From NCBI RefSeq assembly GCF_006345805.1, contig NC_043007.1, forward strand, positions 25,048,001-25,112,000: a stretch of 64,000 nt of DNA. Reading direction: 5' to 3'. Shown here one piece after another: positions 53,438-64,000 of the stretch. The notes beneath the pieces are model-generated. The model saw only the letters and a program-made list of their open reading frames with translations, did not search any database and was not told the origin of the DNA. Position 1 is the stretch's first letter. Every line of letters begins with the position of its first letter. Source of the stretch: Octopus sinensis. Taxonomy: Eukaryota. The position numbers and the translations under genes are program-made.

Positions 53438-54293
53438 CTGCTGCTACCATCCCCATTACCACCATCAGCATCACCACTACCACCATCACCACCATTATAA
53501 TCACTACCTTCACCACTACTACCACTATCTGTCTTTGTTATCATCATCATCATCATCATCATCATCATTCTTATCCACCATTTTGAATTGATTTCGACTT
53601 TTGACACAAGGCCAACAAATCCAGGAGAGGGTGCAAGACAATTACATCAACCCCAGTACTCAACTGGTACTTATTTTTTTTGACCCCAAGAGGATGACAA
53701 GCAAAGTTATCATCTGTGGGATTTGAACTCAGAAGGTAACGATGGATGAAATACTGCTAAGCAATTTGCCCAGCATGCTAACGATTGAGCCAGCTCGCTG
53801 CCTTCCGCTGTTTTAATAAAAAGATTTGTTTCTAGTTTAGGCACAAGGCCAACAACTAATTAAAGAAATGTAAATTAGTTAACTACATCAACCCAGTATA
53901 TAACTGGTACTTTTTTTCTATGGCCTCCACAAAGAGACACTGTGCCTTGCTAGTTCTTTCTGCTATGATGTATTCATATCTCATCTGCACTTCAACCAAC
54001 CTCGCTTTTCATCCCTTTGGGGTTAGTAATAAAGTATCAGGCAAAAGGCCTGAAATTTTGGGGGAGGGGGCCAGTTGATTAGATTGACCCCAGTGCTTAA
54101 TTTATCGACCCCGAAAGGGAACTACATTAAGAGTACACATGTCTGTGGAGTGCTCAGCTGCTTGCATGTTAGTTTCACAAGCAGGTTGTTCCACTGGTTG
54201 GATCAACTGGAACACTCATCACCATAACAGATGGAGCACCAGGCCAATTGTCAATCTCTCATCTACACATTGATCCAAAAACAGAAGCCTTAC

Positions 54294-54565
54294 CTTGCCA
54301 GTTCTTCCTTGTCTTTTGTCTCTTTGCCAACGGCCTTCTGTTCCTCCTTGTTTCTCTTGGTCAGTTCCTTATTCATTGCTTCCACCTCTTTGTCATGGAT
54401 CTGTTGCAACTTCTTCTTCAGTTCCTCTAGGCTGTTAGTTATGACTGTTTTGGCACATTCGTGGAGTGAGTCGGTGTATTTCTTGAATATTTCTCCCTCT
54501 GCGTTGTAGTGTTCAGTACACAAGTTCAGGTATTTATCCATGTTTTCTTTGTGGAGTTGGTTGAA
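54294..54565 (-). CDS. PLCB: Phospholipase C-beta coding exon (distal CTD helix)
   Basis: Acceptor ctctttgtctctacag, donor GTAAGG; 272 nt, phase 0 to 2. Encodes FNQLHKENMDKYLNLCTEHYNAE...HDKEVEAMNKELTKRNKEEQKAVGKETKDKEELA; HDKE and KDKEEL.R are typical of the PLC-beta C-terminal domain. Confidence 0.9.
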
Positions 54566-55633
54566 CTGTAGAGACAAAGAGAGTGACATAGAACAAAGGA
54601 AAAGAGAACAAGAAATGAGTGCGTGTGTGTGTGTGTGTGTGTGTGTGTAATTAAGGACAGACAACAAGTAAAAACCATGGGACAAGGAAAGACAGAAACA
54701 TCATCATCATCATCATCATTTAACGTCCACTTTCCATGCTAGCATGGGTTGGACAATTTGACTGAGGACTGGCGAACCAGATGGCTGCACCAGGGTCCAA
54801 TCTGATCTGGCAGAGTTTCTACAGCTAGATGCCCTTCCTAATGCCAACCACTCCGAGAGTGTAGTGGGTGCTTTTACGCGCCACCGGCACGAGGGACAGC
54901 CAGGCGGTACTGGCATATATATATATGATGGGCTTCTTTCAGTTTCCGTCTACCAAATCCACTCACAAGGCTTCGGTCGGCCGAGGCAATAGTAGAAGAC
55001 ACTCGCCCAAGGTGCCATTCAGTGGGAATGAACCCGGAACCATGTGGTTGGTAAGCAAGCTACTAACCACACAGCCACTCCATGGTACTGGCAACGTCCA
55101 TGCTCAAATGGTGTTTTTAACATGCCACCTGCACAGGAGCCAGTCCAGTGGCACTGGCAACGACCTTGCTAGAATGTTTTTTTCGTGTGCCAGTAATGCG
55201 ATGCTGGTAACAATCACGCTCGAATGGTACTTTTTACGTGCCACCAGCATGGAAGCCAGTTAGCCGCTCTGGCAATGATCATGCTCGGATGGTGCTCTTA
55301 CCGTTCCACTAGCACGGATGCCAGTCATCGATTTTGATTTTGATTTCAATTTCACTTGCCTCAACAGGTCTTCGCAAGCAGAGTTTTGTGTCAATGAAGG
55401 AAAGGTACACATGAGTGGGCTGGTTACACCCCTGGCATAGGCCGTGAGGTTATGGTCTCACTTGGCTTGCCAGATCTTCTCAAGCAAGCCAAGTGAGAGG
55501 ATAGCCTTCTTCCTTCATCAGCTGTTGGTTGAATATCAAGGCAATTTTAGCACATTATCAACATGATTATTCACCTCAAGGTGCTGGTAGTTTCTTTATG
55601 ACAAATACAATGAGTGAATGGTGCCATGAAGAT

Positions 55634-56019
55634 GGAATGGAAGCACTCTGTCGGTTACGACGATGAGGGTTCCGGTTGATTCGACCAACGGAACAGCCTG
55701 CTCGTGAAATTAACGCGTAAGTGGCTGAGCACTCCACAGACGTGTACCCTTAACGTAGTTCTCGGGGATATTCAGCGTGACACAGAGTGTGACAAGGCCG
55801 GCCCTTTGAAATACAGGTACAACAGAAACAGGAAGAAAGAGTGAGAGAAAGTTGTGGTGAAAGAGTACAGCAGGGATCACCACCATCCCCTGCCGGAGCC
55901 TTGTGGAGCTTTAGGCGTTTTCGCTCAATAAACACACACAACGCCCGGTCTGGGAATCGAAACCGCGATCCTACGACCGCGAGTCCGCTGCCCTAACCAC
56001 TGGGCCATTGCGCCTCCAC
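55634..56019 (-). mobile_element. Young full-length SINE family C with 11-bp TSD
   Basis: TSD GCCATGAAGAT at 55623-55633 and 56020-56030; intact A-box tggcccagtgg and B-box ggtttcgattcc; CpG-rich. Confidence 0.88.
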
Positions 56020-56290
56020 GCCATGAAGATATGATACTACTAAAGGATGTCAGACAAAACAGGATGGAAACAAGAACACAGAAATATACAGAAAGAAATT
56101 AGGTACAACAAATTTTTAAGTGTGTCAGCCTAACAGAAAATTAGTTTGTACAGCTCAAAGAAAGAAATGGATCACAGGGAGAAGGGATGAAAAATATTAA
56201 ACAATTAATGTGCAGGTATGCGTATTTGTGTGTGCGTATAAGTGAGCGTGTGCTGAACAAGTAAGCTTCCATGCTTACATTCATGCGTGT

Positions 56291-56322
<32 letters not shown>

Positions 56323-56532
56323 TCAAACACACACACACACACACACCACACACACACACACACAAACACACAAACATGCACATAAACATGGCAGTAGTCC
56401 CACCCATGCCAGCATTAAATGATAATAATGACCACACACACACATACACGTGCATATGCACACACATGCAAACATGTGTGTACACACACATGTACACACA
56501 CAAAAATGTGCATACACATGCACACCCACACA

Positions 56533-58130
56533 AACACACACACATACATAGGCATACACACAGAAACACATGCATACACACACACATACATAGGCATACA
56601 CACAGAAACACATGCATACACACACACATACATAGGCATACACACAGAAACACATGCATACACACACACATACATAGGCATACACACAGAAACACATGCA
56701 TACACACACACAATATAGGCATACACACAGAAACACATGCATACACACACACATACATAGGCATACACACAGAAACACATGCATACACACACAAATATAG
56801 GCATACACACAGAAACACATGCATACACACACACATACATAGGCATACACACAGAAACACATGCATACACACACACATACATAGGCATACACACAGAAAC
56901 ACATGCATACACACCACATACATAGGCATACACACAGAAACACATGCATACACACACACATACATAGGCATACACACAGAAACACATGCATACACACACA
57001 CATACATAGGCATACACACAGAAACACATGCATACACACACACAAATATAGGCATACACACAGAAACACATGCATACACACACACATACATAGGCATACA
57101 CACAGAAACACATGCATACACACACACATACATAGGCATACACACAGAAACACATGCATACACACACACAAATATAGGCATACACACAGAAACACATGCA
57201 TACACACACACAAATATAGGCATACACACAGAAACACATGCATACACACACACAAATATAGGCATACACACAGAAACACATGCATACACACACACATACA
57301 TAGGCATACACACAGAAACACATGCATACACACACACATACATAGGCATACACACAGAAACACATGCATACACACACACATACATAGGCATACACACAGA
57401 AACACATGCATACACACACACATACATAGGCATACACACAGAAACCATGCATACACACACACATACATAGGCATACACACAGAAACACATGCATACACAC
57501 ACACATACATAGGCATACACACAGAAACACATGCATACACACACACATACATAGGCATACACACAGAAACACATGCATACACACACACATACATAGGCAT
57601 ACACACAGAAACACATGCATACACACACACAAATATAGGCATACACACAGAAACACATGCATACACACCACATACATAGGCATACACACAGAAACACATG
57701 CATACACACACACATACATAGGCATACACACAGAAACACATGCATACACACACACATACATAGGCATACACACAGAAACACATGCATACACACACACATA
57801 CATAGGCATACACACAGAAACACATGCATACACACACACATACATAGGCATACACACAGAAACACATGCATACACACACACATACATAGGCATACACACA
57901 GAAACACATGCATACACACACACATACATAGGCATACACACAGAAACACATGCATACACACACACATACATAGGCATACACACAGAAACACATGCATACA
58001 CACACACAAATATAGGCATACACACAGAAACACATGCATACACACACACATACATAGGCATACACACAGAAACACATGCATACACACACACATACATAGG
58101 CATACACACAGAAACACATGCATACACACA
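56533..58130. repeat. 42-bp minisatellite, about 38 copies
   Basis: Unit taggcatacacacagaaacacatgcatacacacacacataca with a few variant units (cacaaatataggc, ac deletions). Confidence 0.93.
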
Positions 58131-58230
58131 CAACATTCTGTGCATTCAAAAGCAATATACAATAAAAAATGTAATCATCAGGTAGTGAAGTGGATCAACT
58201 ATAAGAAGTCAACTGGGAGAATAAACAAAC

Positions 58231-58365
58231 CTTTTCTTCATTCTCCTTCACCACTTTATCATGTTCATCTTTGCCACTTTTCTCTGCCTTTTTCTCGTTC
58301 TTTTGGTTGGCACTTTTCACCTTGCTCTCTTCACCCTTCATCTTTGTCTTCATATTTGACTGAGC
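58231..58365 (-). CDS. PLCB: Phospholipase C-beta coding exon (Lys/Glu-rich linker)
   Basis: Acceptor ...ctcctgcgaaacccaccag, donor GTTTGT; 135 nt, phase 0 to 0. Encodes AQSNMKTKMKGEESKVKSANQKNEKKAEKSGKDEHDKVVKENEEK and is phase-compatible with both neighbours. Confidence 0.78.
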
Positions 58366-58499
58366 CTGGTGGGTTTCGCAGGAGGTAAAAACACAAGAGT
58401 AATATGTAATTATAATATATTTCTTCTAAGAGAACAAATACATCACGGTAGAGTCATCATGGTCATCACAACACACATGCATTGCTGTATTCACTTTTA

Positions 58500-58541
<42 letters not shown>

Positions 58542-59306
58542 CATTATTATCGGGTGAGAGAGCAGCACATGCCATCAAAGTGACACTGGAGTAAAATATA
58601 CGAAACCCAGCATACCCATCATAACTACACATCTGATAACGGCACGCCAAGCACATGCATCACAACCATATGTGTGCAACGTCGTGATTTCATATCACAA
58701 TAAACAGCACATGACTTTGCAGGTGGGGCCCAGTTAGAATTTTCTTCAGGTCGAATAGCCCATCCTGCTCAAAAGGTCCCTAACTAAGTGTTGTTCAAGG
58801 ATGTTGAACAAAACACCTATGTTTCCAGAGGTGAATTATCCAAACCCCAAAGAATCCTTCTCAATGCATGGCTATGATGCTCCCCCACTACTTCTGCTCG
58901 TGATCAGAGATGCACATATTGTCAGCCACCAAGGAACAAGCTCAACTGGTCATGGTGAAACAACTGACAAGCAAATCTGTGGTATTGAGCAGAATATTTG
59001 CTGTAGCCCATCTTTTATACCAAGACAAAACAATGTACAAGATAACACTTCCAATCAGTTAAGATTAGAAGCCATGAGAGCCACTGTCTGGTACTGCATC
59101 AGGACATTTATTATTATTATCATTATTAACATTATCATCATTATTATTATTATTAACATTATCATCATCAATATTATTATTAACACTATCATCATTATTA
59201 TTATTATAAAGATTGTGAGCTGGGAGAATTGTTAGCTCACCAGGCAAAATGCTTAGTGCCATTCTGTCTGTCTTAAAGACATTCTGAGTTCAGATTCCGC
59301 TGAGGC

Positions 59307-59444
59307 CAACTTTGCCTTTCATCCTTTTGGGTTTGATTAATTAAGTACCAGTGAAACACTGGGGTCGGTATAATCAACTAGTCCCCACCCCACAAATTTG
59401 AGGCCTTGTGCCTCCAGTAGAAAGGATTATTATTATTATTATTA

Positions 59445-59522
<78 letters not shown>

Positions 59523-60329
59523 TATTATTATTATTATCATTGATGTGCTGGCACAATTGTTAGCATGCTAGGCAAAATTCTTAGTGGCATTCCATCTGTC
59601 TGTACATTCTGAGTTCAAATTCCGCCAATTATTATTATTATTAAAAAGGCAGCTAGCTCGCAGAATCGTTAGCACGCTGACAACAATGCTTTAAGGCAGC
59701 AAGGTGGTAGAGTTGTTGGTATGCCAGTTAAAATGGTTTACGTGATTAGAAATGTAATTTCTAGGTGTCCATGGTGTCATAGTGAGGATCTGATCAAAGA
59801 CTTTGCAATTAAAAAAAAATTAGGAGAAAATTTTTTAAAGATGAATAAAGTGGAAATATACAAAAATAAACATTATTTTCCATCTTAATGTTAGTTTTAT
59901 TTCATTTTGAAAGATATAATTTATTTTTATAGTTTTTAATTTTTATATTTTGAATTATATATTGAATTACATTTGCACCAATCTCTTCAAAAACGCAGTC
60001 TTGCTCGCAATGCTATACAAATGTGAGACTTTGGCCTTGACAAAGAGAGAAGAACAACATCTATTTATGGTGCAGAGAGCCATGGAAAGATTGATGCTGG
60101 GAAAGGTCGAGGTTAAGGCAGTGAGCTGGCAGAATCGTTAGCACGCTGCACAAAATGTTTAGCGGTATTTCGTCTGCAGCTACGTTCTGAGTTCAAATTC
60201 CGCCAAGGTCAACTTTTGCCTTTCATCCTTTTGGGTTTGATTAATTAAGTACCAGTGAAACACTGGGGTCGGTATAATCAACTAGTCCCCACCCCACAAA
60301 TTTGAGGCCTTGTGCCTCCAGTAGAAAGG

Positions 60330-60397
<68 letters not shown>

Positions 60398-61093
60398 CAT
60401 TGATGTGCTGGCACAATTGTTAGCATGCTAGGCAAAATTCTTAGTGGCATTCCATCTGTCTGTACATTCTGAGTTCAAATTCCGCCAATTATTATTATTA
60501 TTAAAAAGGCAGCTAGCTCGCAGAATCGTTAGCACGCTGACAACAATGCTTTAAGGCAGCAAGGTGGTAGAGTTGTTGGTATGCCAGTTAAAATGGTTTA
60601 CGTGATTAGAAATGTAATTTCTAGGTGTCCATGGTGTCATAGTGAGGATCTGATCAAAGACTTTGCAATTAAAAAAAAATTAGGAGAAAATTTTTTAAAG
60701 ATGAATAAAGTGGAAATATACAAAAATAAACATTATTTTCCATCTTAATGTTAGTTTTATTTCATTTTGAAAGATATAAATTTATTTTTATAGTTTTTAA
60801 TTTTTATATTTTGAATTATATATTGAATTACATTTGCACCAATCTCTTCAAAAACGCAGTCTTGCTCGCAATGCTATACAAATGTGAGACTTTGGCCTTG
60901 ACAAAGAGAGAAGAACAACATCTATTTATGGTGCAGAGAGCCATGGAAAGATTGATGCTGGGAAAGGTCGAGGTTAAGGCAGTGAGCTGGCAGAATCGTT
61001 AGCACGCTGCACAAAATGTTTAGCGGTATTTCGTCTGCAGCTACGTTCTGAGTTCAAATTCCGCCAAGGTCAACTTTTGCCTTTCATCCTTTT
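59307..61093. repeat. Near-identical tandem duplication of about 860-900 bp
   Basis: 59307-60212 repeats as 60213-61093, differing mainly in (ATT)n length; breakpoints fall inside SINE B sequence caactt(t)tgcctttcatcctttt. Confidence 0.85.
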
Positions 61094-61480
61094 GAGGTCG
61101 ATAAATTAGGTACTAGTTACGTACTGGGGTCAATATAATTGACTTAATCCGTTTGTCTGTCCTTGTTTGTCCTCTCTGTGTTTAGCCCCTTGTGGGCAGT
61201 AAAGAAATAGGTTGATGCTGGGAATCTACTAAGAGACCACATCTGGAACAAGGAGATCAAGGATAGAACTGGAGTGAAGGACGTCATCGCAGAATACCAC
61301 CACACAAAGCTACAATGGGCCAGATTTATTGCAAGGTTCACAGACACTTAGTGGACCCGTGCAGTTGTTGAGTGGTACCCACACGAATGAGAAAGATCAC
61401 TCAGAAGACCCCCAATCAGGTGGGAAAACAATTTAAGAAAGATGTTTGGAAGAACATGGAGGAGAATGGTGAAAGCATGA
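60835..61480 (+). mobile_element. RTE (BovB-like) LINE 3' fragment interrupted by a SINE B with 13-bp TSD
   Basis: KNAVLLAMLYKCETLALTKREEQHLFMVQRAMERLMLG then ...DHIWNKEIKDRTGVKDVIAE...KLQWARFIAR...VVEWYP...RRPPIRW. The SINE spans 60965-61211 with TSD ttgatgctgggaa (60952-60964, 61212-61224). Confidence 0.85.
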
Positions 61481-62117
61481 GGGGGATGAAATATGTTTCT
61501 TTATTAGCCACACAGGGCTGCACACAGACAGGACAGATTACAAAGTAGAGCTTTTCTTTTTGGGGGAGAAAAAAAAAACAAAAAAGGGGGATTCGGTTTT
61601 CAATCAAAAGGGATTGTAAAAAGGAAAGAAGAAAAAAAGGGGGAAAAAACGATCAATAGGGATCATGTATCACAGTGTCATGGTGTAAAGTGTAAAGGGG
61701 GAAGCAGATAAGGTTTATCCGTGGGAAGAAAAGCCTACGGAAAAGACCACGGTAACCTCGGTCAATGATGTTACATGTTACCACATTTGTTGCAAGTAGG
61801 TAGGGAGGAAATAAATGCTGTGGCCAGTGGAGCTGATTCGGTACCAGACAGCCTGGCTGATCCAGGTAACATATAGTGATATCTAAAGCTTTTAAATTCT
61901 TAGGGCTTCTACAGGTCTTAATCCGGCCCTGGAGCGAGTGGAAGTTGTAGCTGTAGTGTGTTTTTGAATAAAGGTTGTGGTTGTCGTGTGTTGGTGAATG
62001 GAGGGTGTAACTGTAGTGTGTTAATGAATGAAGTTTGAGCTGGTGGTGTGCTAATGAGGGAAGATTTGCGAATATATTTGTGTGTCCATATTTTGGGATC
62101 TCATCTAAAATACCAAC

Positions 62118-62233
62118 CTTTTCATTTTTCTTCTTTAAAGAATCGACTTCTTTGTCTCTCTTGCCAGAGATCTTTGTGTATGCCTTATTCTGCTTCACAC
62201 TGTCCATGGTGAGTGGTTTTGCAATAGAATCAT
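62118..62233 (-). CDS. PLCB: Phospholipase C-beta coding exon (start of distal CTD)
   Basis: Acceptor ttttatttccccattag, donor GTTGGT; 116 nt, phase 1 to 0. Encodes DSIAKPLTMDSVKQNKAYTKISGKRDKEVDSLKKKNEK, similar to recalled PLCB1 [33 protein letters not shown]. Upstream exons were not found and probably lie right of the window. Confidence 0.85.
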
Positions 62234-62310
62234 CTAATGGGGAAATAAAACAGAGATTACATTTATATGTGTATGTAAATGTATATACATGCATATATAT
62301 ACATATACAT

Positions 62311-62349
<39 letters not shown>

Positions 62350-62526
62350 TATTAAAGCTGCAAAATTATCATGGAACTGTTACTAAGAGTTTCATGTTCC
62401 CGTTCCTCAGACAATTGTAATAAGAGCATATTACTCTACCTTTGGTTTTCAAGTACTACTTTTTCACCTTGTTTCTCACTTACCTGTGTGTGTGTTTGTA
62501 TATATATATATATATATATATATATA

Positions 62527-62772
62527 CTGTTGTGTCTAGTGATGTCATTTTCTTTTTATGCCTTATAATGTAACACACTCACCGGTTAAATTTCCACTTA
62601 TTTCTTATTTTTATTTTTATTTTCCTAGGAAAATAAAAATAAGAAATAAGTGGAAATTTTACCGGTGCGTGTGTTACACAAAAAGAAAATGACTCTCCCC
62701 AGACACAACAGAATATGCTTCAACACACGAACTCATATAAAGAATCTTGCAAACCAAATCCAAAAACGAAAT
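62527..62772. mobile_element. Palindromic interspersed element, copy 2
   Basis: Same arms and same right tail (acaacagaatatgcttcaacacacgaactc...aaaacgaaatatat) as 26895-27135; centre ttttcctaggaaaa. Confidence 0.75.
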
Positions 62773-64000
62773 ATATATAAATATATATATATGCACACAT
62801 ATGTGTATGCATTCTGGTGCCATGAAAAAGTGCATCCAGTACATTCTCTAAGGTGACTGACATGAAGAAAAGCATATGTATGCATGCATGTATGTATGTA
62901 TGTATGTATGTATGTATGTATGTATTCATATATGTAAGTAGGTTGGTAGGTATTTGTTTGTGTTTGTACTATATGTTATGATTTTATTCTTTTTTATCTT
63001 TAATCTGCCTCAGTCTACTTCAAGTTGTTTGATATAAAATCTTTCGTTTTTAACATGTTTGTACTTAAATCAAAACTTCCCATCATAATTTCATGTAAGA
63101 ACATGTTTTGTAGATTCTGTTCCAATCTCCAACTCAATGACAATGAAAATGTTAATTTTCAAAACACCTCCTAATTCTTAATTAGTTTCAAAATTAACAG
63201 ACAGAAATCTAATCATAAAAGGGTTAATGAAAATAGAATTATTTTCTGAAAAAGAAAAAAGTAATTATATGCTTTAAATTTCTAAATTAAGTGATGTGTG
63301 TTTAATGGCATAACCAATAATATCAAATATTAACTGAATGAGGCTAATTTTAAATTTTCATTTTTAATTACACCATTCAAAAGAATAGAAACACTCTCTT
63401 TGTATTCAGGAGTAGTTTCGATAAGTGATTAAATACGTGGAAGTAATTAATATTTAATTATCAGTACACTCTTTTATATTGAATGACAATGTTGTAGATG
63501 TATGTGTGTGTGTATGTATGTATGTATGTGTGTGTGTGTGTGTGTGTATGTCATCATCATCATCATCATCATCATCATCAACATCATCATCATCGTTTAA
63601 CGTCCGTTTTCCATGCTAGCATGGGTTGGACAGTTCGACCGGGGTCTGGGAAGCCAGGAGGCTGTACCAGGCTCCAGTCTGATCTGGCAGTGGTTCTACA
63701 GCTGGATGCCCTTCCTAACGCCAACCACTCCGTGAGTGTAGTGGGTGTTTTTTTATGTGCAACCGGCACAGGGGCCAGAGGACACTGGCAAACGGCCACG
63801 ATCGGATGGTGCTTTTACGTGTCACCGACACAGATGCCAGTCAGGCGGCACTGGCATCTGCCATGTTCGGACGGTGCTTTCTACGTGTCACCGGCACGGG
63901 TATCTGAACTACAATTTCCATTGCATGTATATTTTTTCTTTGAGTTTTATGTAAGTTCTTGAGAGAGTTCAAGCTGGTCACTAACAAAGCAACAAGACTT

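Noticed and set aside
55930-56019. tRNA-like sequences with A and B boxes here and in other SINE heads
   Set aside because: They continue into SINE bodies with tails and TSDs and lack a full cloverleaf, so they are not tRNA genes.
56141-58388. ORFs of 243-673 aa on both strands
   Set aside because: Pure translations of the 42-bp minisatellite (a multiple of 3 with no stop codons); no domain content.
62805-62865. Possible upstream PLC-beta exon (VTLENVLDALFHG)
   Set aside because: Plausible acceptor but no convincing GT donor at phase 1 and no PLC-beta similarity.

Overview
Eukaryotic, AT-rich and saturated with microsatellites and retroposons. The SINE families and repeat landscape look like an octopod cephalopod genome (inference from recalled repeat motifs, not from a search). 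Two spliced genes lie on the minus strand. (1) The last six coding exons of a phospholipase C-beta (62233 down to stop at 42611) encode the distal C-terminal coiled-coil domain and end in ...NITAM*. (2) The first four coding exons of an axonemal dynein heavy chain most like DNAH12 (ATG at 17433) include a 27-nt microexon; the gene runs off the left edge. Every exon has GT-AG boundaries, and the phases join into continuous reading frames. The rest is intron or intergenic DNA. It contains three tRNA-headed SINE families, an RTE-type retroposon, CR1 and RTE LINE fragments, two Helitrons, hAT- and piggyBac-like MITEs, a 42-bp minisatellite and local tandem duplications. It also holds several long palindromes, mostly beside (TA)n. 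The largest is about 530 bp, lies in the last PLC-beta intron and carries two mirror-image hammerhead-ribozyme-like motifs of the Penelope type. Nearly all long ORFs in the supplied track are microsatellite artefacts.
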